Source: the human T2T-CHM13v2.0 reference genome, Homo sapiens
Assembly: GCF_009914755.1 (NCBI RefSeq)
Contig: NC_060944.1
Strand: one strand, 5' to 3'
Length of the DNA stretch: 64,000 nucleotides
Positions 41,880-55,882 of this stretch are shown here, piece after piece. Position numbers and translations under genes: made by a program. The notes below the pieces were generated by a model. It did not search any database, had not been told where the DNA came from, and was given only the letters and a program-made list of their open reading frames with translations. Positions within the stretch are counted from its first letter, which is position 1; each line of letters begins with the position of its first letter.

Positions 41880-42700
41880 TTTTTCTTATTTTTTTTCAAA
41901 TAGATAAGATGGTAAATTTTATGTTATATGAATATATGTGAATATATATGAACATATATATAATATATATTTTACCATTTTATCCACTCTTAAGCATATA
42001 GTTCAGTGATATTAAGTATATTCATATCATTGCAAAACCATCCATCTCCAGAACTCTTTTCATCCTGCAAAACTGAAGCTTTGTAATCATTTAAACAACT
42101 CCCCAATCCGTCCTTTCAGGAAGAGTTGACCTCCCTCTCCTTTCAGGAAGGAGGGGTTGGGGAGTTGTTTAAATTATTTCCCTGGAAACCCCTATTCTAC
42201 TTTCTGTCACTAAGAATTTGACACCTCTACTCCCTCATGTAAATGGCATCATATAGAATTTGTCTTTTTGTGACTGGATTATTTCACTTAACATAATGTT
42301 CTCAAGGTTCATCCATGTTGTAGCATATGTCAGAACTTCCTCTCTTTTAAAAATTGAATAATATACCATTGTGTGTATATACTGCATTTTACCATTCATC
42401 TGTTGATGGACAATTGGGTTGATCTTCATTTTCATGATTGTGAGTAATGCTGTGAACATGGATGTACAAATATCCTTTCACTTTCAATCTATTTGTGTCT
42501 TTGGATCTAAAGTGAGTCTTTTGTAGGCAACATGTAGATAGATCATGTTTTTAATGCACTTTGTCAATCTCTTTGATTGGAATGTTTATCCATTTACATT
42601 TAAAGTAATTACCAATAAAATCTACCATTTTGTGATTTGTTTTCTATATGCCTTATAGCTTTTTTTGTCCCTGATTTCCTGCATTACTATCTCTTTTGTG
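41880..42700 (-). mobile_element. L1M fragments (L1MB-type 3' end plus an ORF2 piece)
   Basis: ORF 42235..42459(-) ..TWMNLENIMLSEIIQSQKDKFYM resembles the L1 ORF2 C-terminus. Confidence 0.8.
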
Positions 42701-42704
42701 TTGA

Positions 42705-43040
<336 letters not shown>

Positions 43041-43071
43041 TGAAATGTTTTAATTCCCTTCTTATTTTCTA

Positions 43072-43680
43072 TTTTTTTTTTTTAAATTTCTGTTTCCAAC
43101 TTTTACTTCAGATTCAGGCGATACATGTGCAGGTTTGTTACATGAGTAAATTGTGTGTCATGGGGGTTTGGTGTACAGATTATTTTGTCACCCAGGTAAT
43201 GAGCAGAGTACTTGATAGGTAGTTTTTTGATTTGCACCCTCCTTCCACTCTCCACTCTCAAGTAAACCCTGGTGTCTGTTGTTCCTTTTTTTGTGTCCGT
43301 GTGGACTCAGTGTTTAGCTCCCACTTATAAGTGAGAGCATGTAGTATTTGGTTTTCTGTTTCTGTGTTAATTTGCTTAGGGTAATGGCCTCCAGCTCCAC
43401 CTGTATTGCCGCAAAGGACATGATTTCACTCTTTTCTACAGCTGTGTAGTATTTCATGGTGTATATGTACCACATATTTTTTATCCAGTCTACTGTTGAT
43501 GGGCATCTAGGTTGATTCCATGTCTTTGCTACTGTGATTCATGCTGTGATGAACATATGCATGCATGTGTCTTTATGGTGGAATGATTTATATTCCTTTG
43601 GGTATACACCCAGTAATGGGATTGCTGGGTCAAGTGGTAGTTTTGTTTTAAGTTCTTTGAGAAATTTCCAGACTGTTTGA
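43072..43680 (-). mobile_element. 5'-truncated old L1PA/L1PB 3' end
   Basis: Poly-T and catgtgcaggtttgttacat; ORF 43539..43757(-) VWKFLKELKTKLPLDPAIPLLGVYPKE matches L1 ORF2. Confidence 0.9.
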
Positions 43681-45723
43681 GGAAGAGAATTTAAAGGACT
43701 TGGGATCTGATACAATTTTAGAAACTTTGATTCATATTTGGTGTTTCTCCCTGCCACTCTCTACTCCCATCTTGTTGTCTCTCACTCGCTGTTCATTCCG
43801 AGAGAACAGTGGAGGAACATTTGAAAAACACACCTCTTCCGTCTTGAGGAAGAACAGGCTGTAACGACTTTGCAACCTTGCTTGGGCTTCACTCGGAACT
43901 CCTCACCTGCTTGGGCTGCTTTATTTTGTTCATCAGTTGCGGTCCTTATTTAACATAAAGTTTGAAAAGCTTAAACTTTTCAATTAGTAGCTGAGCTCTC
44001 CCCCATAGAGATCATCCAGTTAAAAACCCAATTCCTGGGTTGGTGTCTACGAGTTGTCTTTTATTTGGTTCTTATGAAAAAGGTCCATATCCAAGAAGGA
44101 GCACATCAGGGAAAAGCACCTCAAAATGTCCTGTCCTGAAAGTGTCTTCAGAAGATAACACTTCAGGCTTGGAGCCTGGGAACAGAAGGTGCCTATTGGT
44201 CTTTAATTAAGGAAACTGTTGCAAATGAAGGGCATTTAACATCTTAAACCACCAGTGGCTCAAAGGCAGCATGAAGCCCGTGGGTAACAAAGATGCATTT
44301 GTTGTCCCAGCTGTCCTGGTACCTGCATTGGCCTATACAGCTGACCTACAGCTAAATGCTTCCCAGCAGGGCAGATTATAAGTGATCTTGGACTCCCTGG
44401 GCTGTGACAACTCAATTTTCACAAGTGGCAAAGAAAGTCAAGCCACCGTCCCCTCCCGTGCAACACATCTGCCACAATAACAGAGCTGGAGAGGAAGCAG
44501 TCCTCTGTCAAGAGAGACCCCTAGACATGGGGACATGCAAGGAATGCTGAAGAATCAGAATGGCATTGTGCAGATTTCATTACTATTTTATCTGGGGGAG
44601 AAAGAGCCTATAAGGAGCAGGAAAGAAAACCCCTACAGATTGTGCTCTGATTTTATAACCAGATTGTTGGAAATTACTGACAGATTGAATAAAATAATAT
44701 GCTTTGGAGCAGGAGGGAACATAAAGGTGGAAATTTAATTGACTTCTATCCTAAACCTAGGAGCTAGGGGGTAGGGGAAGGTATATTATTAATCACCACT
44801 GTGGTCACGCCTGGTGGTTTCATGTGCAGTGAGAGGAAATGTAGCTTTCAATTACATACATATGAATTTCAAATGACTACCTGGTGCACCAGAGAGGAGA
44901 AAGCGTGCAGACCAGGAGCTGTACCCCATGTGTGTATGCACTTGAGCAGAACCACACTACCCTGTAAAAAATGCAATTAGAGAACGGGGGGGTGAGTGCC
45001 ATGGGTGGGGGGTAAAGCCGTAATCTGTGAGGGCCCCACCTTATCTGTTCTCTTTGAAGCACATGTTCTTTTTCTTCCTGCAAAGTGCTTGCAATAGCCC
45101 TGGCCTGAATGGATTTCAGATCTGCCTTGAATATGAAATACCTCTGGATGCATTCAACCATTTTCTACCCTGAAAGTCAGAGGGACAAAAGGTGGATTGT
45201 GTGTGGCCTTAAATGATATTTCAGGAGTTCACTAAATGTCAAGATAAGATTAGGGGTAGCCTAGGAAGGGAATTCTCCTAATTAATGGGAATTCTTTAGC
45301 ATACAGTGTTGCAAGATCCTCCTTTGTTAAGCTTCCAGAGTTTTTTCCTCTAGTGTTCAAACAAAAGACAAGATTTTTGTGTTGGGGTTGTTGTAAGAAT
45401 TATTGAGGTTTTTCTTTAACAAGAAATACTTTTACTTTCACGGAGAAGAGACCCCCCCCCCCCCCAAAATTAAAAAAAAAAAACTTTGTCTTGCTTGTTT
45501 GCGTATTGAATAGCTACTGTGAGTCCAGCCTGTGCTGGACATCGGAGTCCTAGAGGTCAATAAAGACATGTCCCCGGTCTCAGAAAGTGTATTTCAGTCC
45601 CAGTGTAGGCACAAAATAAGGTCTGCTGAATTATATTGCCTAAGCTGGAACTCTAGCACGTTCATTGATTCATTCAACAAACCTTTCAAAGGCCTCATAT
45701 AGGCAGACTAATAGTCAACTAGC

Positions 45724-45811
45724 CACCAGATTAAAAAAAAAAAAAGGATTGAATTAGAATCAATTCTATCACCAGATTAAAAAAAAGGATTGAATTAGAA
45801 TCAATTCTATC
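45724..45811. repeat. Two-copy tandem duplication (~46/41 bp)
   Basis: caccagatt(A)n ggattgaattagaatcaattctat x2, with A13 versus A8. Confidence 0.95.
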
Positions 45812-46064
45812 TGTGACTAAACACGCAGGCTTTTTACTCAGACAGACCTGGACTTGAGTTTGGCTCTGCTGTGAATCTGTTTGGCTTTGCAATTTCTCCA
45901 TGCCTCAGTTTTTCCTTCTATACAATGGGGACAGGAAGAACCATCTCCCAGGTTTATTGCATTAAATGAAATACTAATGCCTACTGTTTAGTACTGTTCT
46001 GAGTGCTTTGCATCTACTGTTAAATATGAATGACTTATTTCCTCAGCTGCTTCTGATTGAACCT

Positions 46065-46508
46065 GGAGTGTTTATTCATGATTTGGGGGCATACGGCTCT
46101 CGGATACCTTAAAAGTGATTGAGAACCTCAAAGAGTTCCTGTTACACAGTCTCTATTACAAAATAGCTACCCATATTTATTGTATTATAAATTAAAACGG
46201 AAAGCAGTTGAAACCACTTGTTAATTCATTAAAATATAACAATAATAAACCCATTACATGTTTTAAAATAAAAAACATTTTTCAGAACAAGGATTTAGTA
46301 AAAACAGGGCATTGTTTTCCACGTTCTGCATATCTTCTTTCATGTCTGTTGTAAATCACATTTCATGTAGTCTCTCAAAAACTCCGCGGTGAGCTTCTAA
46401 GAGAATCTGAGTATAAAGGGCCAATATCTTAGCATTATTGTGACGATCATGAGCCAAACTCCCCGACAGGGTCTGGGGGACCTCAGGTCACACCTTGAGC
46501 AGCCCTGT
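46065..46508. mobile_element. Charlie1-like hAT deletion derivative
   Basis: aataataaacccattacatg and the 3' end tcttagcattattgtga..gggtctgggggacc..cacaccttgagcagccctg. Confidence 0.65.
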
Positions 46509-49500
46509 ATTAAGTCACTTGCTCCTCAACACAACCTTCCAGGGTAAGTGCTATTTTCATTCCCATTTCATAGATGAGGAAATAAAGGCACAAACGTTTA
46601 AGGAGCTTGCCCAAGGCTACGTCACTAAGAGTAGCAGAGCTGGCGTTGAGACCCAGCTGCTTGTCCTCAGGGTCTGTGTCCCCACCACCACACCATGGTT
46701 CACGCAGAGAACCCAGAACAGTGCTGGCCGCAGGAGGCTCTAGGCCAACGTGAGCAGCTGGACGTCCTTCTGTGATGAAGGTGATATCACCCCATTCTCC
46801 GATGGTCAGTTCACTTCCTACCGAAAGCACTGGCATAGCTCTTTGAAATCCATGTACAGGGCTTTGGAAATAGCCACTCATAATCTGAACATTTCTTCGA
46901 TTGCCTGAGTGTTCGTTCTAAAGCATCTACAGGGCCTGCAGCCACTCACAGAGGAAGACTATGTCTGTCTGATCACCTAGAAACCATTAGAATCCCCCGG
47001 CTATCAGGGCAGCTCTCCTCACCTTGTGGTGAGGCCAAACCATCATGCACGTTTGCAGACAACAAAGAAAGCGGGTACATTGAAGGGAGAATGTGGAAAA
47101 TATAACTTCAGCGTAGACCTCTCCTGCTTTATCTCATGTGACCAAAAAGGTTGGGAGTTGATTGAAATGACTTGCATCTGGGATTACACCAGGAGGCCGA
47201 GCAGACACAGGAGTGTTTCTCACTCTTAAAAAAAAAGTCCATATACCATTTACTCTTTTCAGCTCAAAATACTCCACAGACTTTGCAACTTACCTCTTCC
47301 CATTTGCCCTTTAAAAAGGGAGTGGGGGGAGAGAAAAGGGAGAAGTGGGGGAAAGCCACATTAGAATTCATGGGAAGAAATGAGATTGTTTTTAAGACAC
47401 AGGCACCTGGATTTCTTTGTTTAATTAGCATCAGTGAATTATTAATTCAGCGCAAAAAAGCATAGCTCTTTGTCATATAAAAAATCATCAATACCACAAG
47501 AGACCCTCACAAACCAGGATGATGATAACTTACTTATATTTGCACAGTGCTTTGCAATTTACAAGGCCCTGTTCTGTACTTCACGGATTTAACTCTGTTA
47601 ACTGTGTGGAATGGAGTTTTTGCCCGGGCTGGAGCCAGCAGGACAGTACAGAGATTTTACTTCCTCACCATCACGCCCCAAATTATGGAGAAACACTCCA
47701 GATTTAATCAGAAGTGCCTGGGACAAGAAGTCATTAATATTCAACAATTTTTAAAATTGCATTCCCAAACTATGTCAAACTTTTTGAGAATTCACCTTGA
47801 AGAATCAAGAGGTGCAGGCCCAGCTCTGGGGAGTGATCCAAGCAGGGTCTTCTGTGAGCTTCGTTCTTTTCCTTAATTGGATGGAGCTATTCACTACGGT
47901 GAGGTGACCCATCTGTTCTGATTTGCTTAGGACTTCCCCACTTTTAGCACTGAAAGTCCAGTGTCCTGGGATCCCCCACTTCCAAGTCCCAGGCAAACCA
48001 GGATGATTGGTCATCCTACGTGCGACAAATGCCTGAAAGCATCGCATACTCCGAGTCTACACCCCTCTTTTCTTCATCTCCGTGGTTTTTCTCCTGGCAG
48101 AGTTGCTTGGAGCTTCACATTTGACAAGTGCATTTGGTTTTGCTGGCCAGGGCTGGCCTTACAGCCTAACCCAGGACCCGTGCACCTCCAGTCTTCATTT
48201 CCCAGCTCTGTCAGAGCAGTGGGGCACACTCATCCTCTTTGGGGTATATCCCCTTAGTGTGTCAGTCCCTACCAGAGCCAAGGGGCAGTAGAGGCTCTTG
48301 TTCCTCCTCTGCCTCCCTGTGGCAATGGCTCAACCGCCTGTCTTTGCTTGGCCAATCTTATACTGTCAGTGAGGACTTGGAATCTTGGGAGTGACAGGTA
48401 AAGACTTTGGGACCACTGGAGCCTGCTCGTGACATGAAGGTGGAGTTCTGAGTGTACAGCAGAAGAGCCGGCTGCGGGGCCCAGATTCGTGGTCTCTGTG
48501 GCGACTCAGCTTCCCTGGAACTGGCTTGCTTTCTGAGTCCGATGCACGAACATTTTTGTCAGTTCTGTGAGCTCATTGATGTCCTGCTGATCCATTCCTT
48601 CAATGCTTAAGCAAGTCGGAGTCAGTTCTGATGGCTGCAACTTAGAACCCTGCCAGCTATGCTGGGTCAAGAATGGTAATATTATCCGTCTCCACCAACT
48701 AGTTTTATCTATCAATTTATCTATCCACCCATCTATCCATCCAACCAGTCATCCATCCTTCTATCCCTATTAATATCCTACTCCAGTCCCTTTTCCCTCT
48801 GCCCCACTGACCACCATACAGATGCGTTAATCATTTGTTTTCATTTTTGCAAAATGTGTATTATTGCTTTGTATGCATATGCACATAGATATACAAATAT
48901 TAAGTGTATCTCTTGATGGACCTCACATATGTCTATACTCACAGCCACCAACAAGATCAGGATACAGAAGACATCCAGTACCCAGAAAGGTCTCTCATGC
49001 CCCATCAGTACATTACTATCTCCCCCATCCAGAAGTAACCACTTTCTGACGTCTATCACCATAAATAAATTATGGGCATGTATTTTTTATGTACATACAT
49101 GGTCTTGTTATATATCTTGCCTGTTTCTTCATATTTTTCAAGCCTTATGTTGTTAAAACCCGATGTGTTGCTAGGTTTTCACCTTGGCAACTCCTGACTT
49201 CTAACTCATGTGTACTACTCAGCAGGCAAGCTTCACCTGCTTAGCCTCGTCCATCCCCCAAGCTGCCTCCACGGCTGGTCATGGCGTTGTGGTCATCTCC
49301 GGAGTCCTCATGCGTGGGAGTCTGCTGGATTTCTCAGTTTGCCGACACTCCAGAAGGTCAAGTTTTAAACCTGGGAGATGTGGGGGAGGGAGATTAATGG
49401 GTGAGCCTTTTTTTTGTATTACGTCCTTGATGTGTTTGCTGAATCTTCAGTACCTCCCAGACAAGGGTGGTGTGGCCACATTCTGGATATAGAATGCTCC

Positions 49501-50184
49501 TCCCAGCCTTCTATCTGATGCATGGCGCCTGCCACTTCCTCTTAGGCGTGCTGCAGGATGACACTAGTGAGCCACAAGAAGGTCAAGTGTGTTCACTGGT
49601 CCTTCCTGTGAGGGGCTGCTCATCCTTCCTGACACAAAGCAGCTTAGAAATCCTAAGAAAAGTAAAGAAAGCCGCAGAGAGGAAACAAAAGTGAGGGAGA
49701 GTAAAGCCAAGTTTGCGTGTAAAATCTTTCATGTTTTCTCATTATGTGTCTTCTGGCTGGGAACATGGTTCTCACAGCCCAGGAGGGCACAACTTGCTTT
49801 TATTTGGCTTCAGAGGCATCCAGTTTGTGAAAGTTTATGGGAGCATTGCAGAAATGTGTTTTCTCTGTGGAGCCAAAAGTTTGTGGACAAAATAGACCAA
49901 AAGACAAAGACCGTGGAAGTGTCTGACCCACCCCAATGGAGCCGACTTGCTTAGGAAACAGAAAATCCTTCTCATCCTGTGCAATTTTAGGAAGATCAGG
50001 AAGGCTGTACTGAGGAGGATTTCAGAGCTGAAGCTGATACAAAAAGAAAATAAATGAATGAAAGAAAATAATCACTGTCATCTGAGTACAGCATGAAAAA
50101 TATCAACATGACCCTGATTTCATAACTCAAACCAGATGAAAAAAAAACTTCACACCCAACCCCATACCAATTCCTCTGATTTCT

Positions 50185-50484
50185 TTCTTTTTTTTTGGTT
50201 TCTTGAGACAGAGTCTCACTCTGTCTCCCAGGCTGGAGTGCAGTGGTGTGTCTCGGCTCACTGCAACCTCCGCTTCCCGAGTTCAAGAATTCTCCTGCTT
50301 CAGCCTCCCAAGTAGCTGGGATTACAGGCACCTGCCACCATGCCCAGCTAATTTTTGTATGTTTAGTAGAGACAGGGTTTCGCCATGTTGGCCAGGCTGG
50401 TCTCTAGCTCCTGACCTCAAGTGATCCACCCATGTCAGCCTCCCAAAGTGCTGGGATTACAGGTGCGAGCCACCGCGCCTGGCC
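50185..50484 (-). mobile_element. AluSx-like
   Basis: Full antisense dimer; perfect 16-bp TSD aattcctctgatttct at 50169-50184 and 50485-50500. Confidence 0.96.
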
Positions 50485-51221
50485 AATTCCTCTGATTTCT
50501 AATCAATTTCTGTGGAGGTGGCATTTACAGAGTTCATGGGGATGGAGGGGACTGTGACAGTGCAACCAGCTCCAAGGCACACAGCTGCCAGGAGGGACAG
50601 TGGGGGTGATGGGCCCGGGCTCCAGAGTTAGGCAGGAAGGGAGCCGAGTCTGTATTTTTCCATGTATCATCTACGTGATTTTGGGAAAATTACCTACCTT
50701 CCCAGACCTTCAATTCTACATCTGTAAAATGGGGTTATAATTGCAGGTCCTTCACAGAGTTAAACACTCATGAAATTCTAGAAGCAAAGAGGCATCAGAG
50801 AGCCTGACACGCTGAGGTGCCCACTGAATGTGAGCTCTGTGTTCACAGGACAAGCTACAAAGTCCCAGTGCGGAGTGACCACGGAAACCCTGGGTCAAGG
50901 TGAGTGATGCTGGAGCCACTTGAGGTCTGTCCCCAGGGAGGTACTGCACATTTTCCCTTTCAGGTAATATGGCCATCCACTTCTAGACACTTGTCCTACA
51001 GAAACAAGCACGCGGAGACTTTTGTAGGAGGATGCAGCACTGTTTGTAACAGTGACTGAGTGGGAATAACCTAAACGTCCATCCAAAAGTCAATGTTAGA
51101 TAAGCCATTGTGTGTTCATTCAATGGATACTCTGCAGTGTCCAAAAGAACAAGTAAACCCATAAGTATGGCACGGAAGGGTGACTGGGTCCAAAAATAAA
51201 AGTGTATACAAGTATTAATAA

Positions 51222-51532
<311 letters not shown>

Positions 51533-52929
51533 AGATATTTGCATTTTTGTAGAAATAAGGAAGAAACAATACTGTGTTTAAGTTGAGTATAGAAGAACAT
51601 AGTGAGAAGAATGTTTATCAAGCAGCTGGTGGTGATTTTCTGGGAAGAAGGTGGTATCCTAAGTAACATGGTCATGTAATTGGTCCACATGGGGTACTTT
51701 GGGAAATGAAAGAGGCAGGCACTTCGCTAAAGCTGTGCGATGGGTACTGACCTGCAGCCACGCAGGCAATCTGGGAGACATCATGGAGGACTTACCCTTT
51801 GTTCGCAGAGCACTCAGGACTCTTGTTTGTTAGTGGCAAATCCAAGTCAAATATGCTTGGTTCATATTCCCTTTCCCTGAGTCCAGCATTCACTGGGACT
51901 GTGAATAAGCTGGGACTGGACAGGGGAGGTGGGACCTTTTTTATGAGAACCTCAGAGATGAGAGCCAGCTCATGGGGGATGCAGTGTTGACCAAGTTGCT
52001 GTGGGAGGCAGGGAGAACAGATGTTGGGAAGGTCAAACACAGAGACGTCTGCCTTGCAGTCCACTGTGTATCTGGATAGCATGCGAATGTATAAGGCTGA
52101 ATGTTATGGGGAAATCTAGCTGGTAGAGGTGAGCACTGGGACAAAGGGGACCTTTCGTGAAGTCCCTGTGTGTGATGCCGGAGGCATCTGAGGACTTGGG
52201 GAACCCTCCCCCCCGCCCACTATGAGAAATGCAACAGCATTATCAAAGAGAGGAGAAGAAAGGGAGGAAGATGGGCCAGGGATCTTGAAAGGATGTGGTT
52301 TTTTCCCTGCACTGGGTGTGCGAAGGAACTGTGCTTGAAGGGCCAGCAGTGGGAATGTGTGAGCATGTGGTGCCCTGGATAGTTTGCTTTCCTTGATTGG
52401 AAGCAGCTGTGGGCCTTTGACTTTTGAGAGGGACAGAAAGTTTGGTGTCTTTATGGTGTTAGAGGTTATGCCCGAAGATTTCCTGCCTTCTGGGCCCCAC
52501 TGAATTGGAACCATTTTTCATCCCACTCAGACATCCAAGACTTACAGGGTTCTAAAGAAGTCCCCGAATGCCCCTCTAAATCAATCTCCAGACGTTTTCT
52601 CCCTGGGAGTGTTCAAACGATTCAATTATGGTGTGAAACTTTCATAGCCAGACCTCACAAGCTCCTTCCCTCTCTCCCCTCCCAGCGATTTGGGTCACTC
52701 ATGATTCTGAGCAGAGAAACTATCCCTTGGAAATCTTTCATGATCTAATTCTCAGGGGCCCTGGTGTAAACAGGAGCCTTAAAGCGGGGTCCCAGAAGAT
52801 ACTAGAATAATCATCAGCTTAGGAGACAATGATTCTGAACTCACCTGGACCGTTTCCTTACCTGTCAATTGGGAAAAACAATAGTAGCTGCCTTAGAAGG
52901 TTATTTTTTCTTTTTTTTAACAAATGTTT

Positions 52930-53780
<851 letters not shown>

Positions 53781-55659
53781 ATAGGATTATATTGAGAATT
53801 CAGTGACATCACCCAAGTAAGGTGCTTAGGGCACACAGCAAACCCATGGTTAGACAAATGGGTTGAGTGAGTGGTTATTGAGGATTTTGACTTTGTCAGG
53901 TAATGTGTCGATTTCAGACAAAGAAGAATCAGACCTGATTCCTGTCCTCAAGGACCCTTCGGCCTGAGGTGTCGATGCATCCTTCATCTCCCATCCAGTG
54001 ACCTTGATCACCTTTGCTTTGTTCAGCTGCTTTCCAGCGGTCACTTCCTGCTTGGAGTTAGGGCTATAGCTGTTGGCAACTGGGGTGTGTAGAAAACCAG
54101 AAAGCGAAGAACTGTGGCAATTTCTGGCTGGGGATGAAAAGCCCAGTAAACAAAGGGACAGAGTCTTTCAGAGAGTGATGGCTCAGCACGCAGCGGGGAA
54201 AGTGAACCACAAGAAGGGAGGAGATTCTCAGGGGAGCAATGTGGCCCAAACAGACATCTGCTGTGGATCTTCTAAGACCTTCCTATGTAATGTGGCAGGA
54301 TCCCACCAAACGCCAATTCTTGGTTTTCTTGTATGGACAATGAGGACAGTGACATTTGACTGGCTTTTCTCAGAAAGTTCTACTCAACCTAAGTTGATGT
54401 CCAAGACCTTTGGGTACACACAGGTGCAAAGCCAAAGCCCCAGCCCTCAAGAAGCTCACAGTCTCAGAATGTTGCAAGGCTCCAAAGGCCCAACGTATGG
54501 CCATGGAAGTCCCGCGGCCACTGAGTGGCTGGCTGTGCAGAACGAGGAAAAACCTCCTTCATTTTTTACAAGAAATAGGTGCTTTTTAAAGGACAAGCCT
54601 CCAACCAAGCCAACAACATGGTCAGCGTGTCTCCTCAGAACTCCTATGAATCATGTCCTCATGCTTTTCCATTGAAATCTCTTAGGAAACAGCTCAGCAA
54701 TTTGCTTCAATTCTGCAAATTTCATACTTTCAAAGAAGGCATCTAAAGAATTCCTGATGCTTGTTTTGTTGGGTTCTTTTGCTCCAATGAACTTCTGGTT
54801 GAAGTCCAATGGTTTCTGTGGCTGAGGAAGAAGCAGTGATGTGTATGTGTGCACATTGCCTTTTGCTCTTTTCAATGATTGGAACATATTTAGTCACACC
54901 CTTCTAATCAGTAAAGAGCCCACAGCACATTTAGGGCTGTAGGTGAACCACGGAGACAGGGAAAACCAGTTTTGTTTTTTTTACTTTTGAGGAAAAGTGG
55001 AAGATGCTAGCTTAGCACTACGCTTGGCCTGATCTCTTAGGACTTATAGATGCTCCAAATCTTACCAAAGAGCCTCTCAGCACTGTGCTGCCCAGCAGGG
55101 CTGTATGCAACATCTCCAAGTGGCACCATATTGCACAGTGCATGTGCTCAAGCTCCAGAAGTTTTAAATTTATGCTGTTTACAAATTGCATTTATGTTAG
55201 CCACTGTTTTCCATGGAAAAGTTCAAACCCCAGAGGAACATTAAACAGTCTTACAGCAAATCTACAAGATAATAGAAAATCAGAGGGCTCTACACTCTTT
55301 TTTCCTCCTCCTCCATTGATGAGAAACACAAGTTCTGCTTGGAGAAGGCAGATGGCCTCAAAAGGATAACACACATGAAAAGGTGCAAACCTGAGCTTTC
55401 ATTTGTAGACATGTTGGTGCATCTGAACAGAATCCATGTGTGGAACCAGGTATACTTAACTCATTAAAGGTTCCTGCCATGCGTATTAGTTACTAGGGCC
55501 AATGGATTCCCCGTTCTGTCTGAGCTTATGAGTTGGGTTTTGTCCTTTGTAAGCCACGGTCTCCTCTGAGTATTATACACAGTGCTTGGCGTAGAAAGGG
55601 TTGCTCAGGAAGGTTTGTTGTCTGGCCCGCTGAATGCTCTAAAATGCACAGTCCACTGG

Positions 55660-55882
55660 ACAAGGGTTTTCCAACCTTGGCATATTGACATCAGGGCCAG
55701 ATCTTTCTTTATAGGGGCTGTCCTGTGTGTTGCAGGATGGTGAGCCGGGTCCCTGGGCTCTACCCTTTAGATCGCAGCAGCCAGCAACACTCCCTCCATA
55801 TTAGTTGTGACCATCAAAAATGTTTGCAGACATTGGTAAGCGTTCCCTGGGGGTCAAATCATCCCCAGCTGAGTACCACTGA
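55660..55882. mobile_element. MER20 DNA transposon
   Basis: ggttttccaaccttggcatattgacat..gggctgtcctgtgtgttgcaggatg..gtgaccatcaaaaatgt..gagtaccactg. Confidence 0.85.

Noticed and set aside
54073-54675. 200-aa ORF
   Set aside because: TTG start, no recognisable domain and no supported splice structure; compatible with chance in 64 kb.
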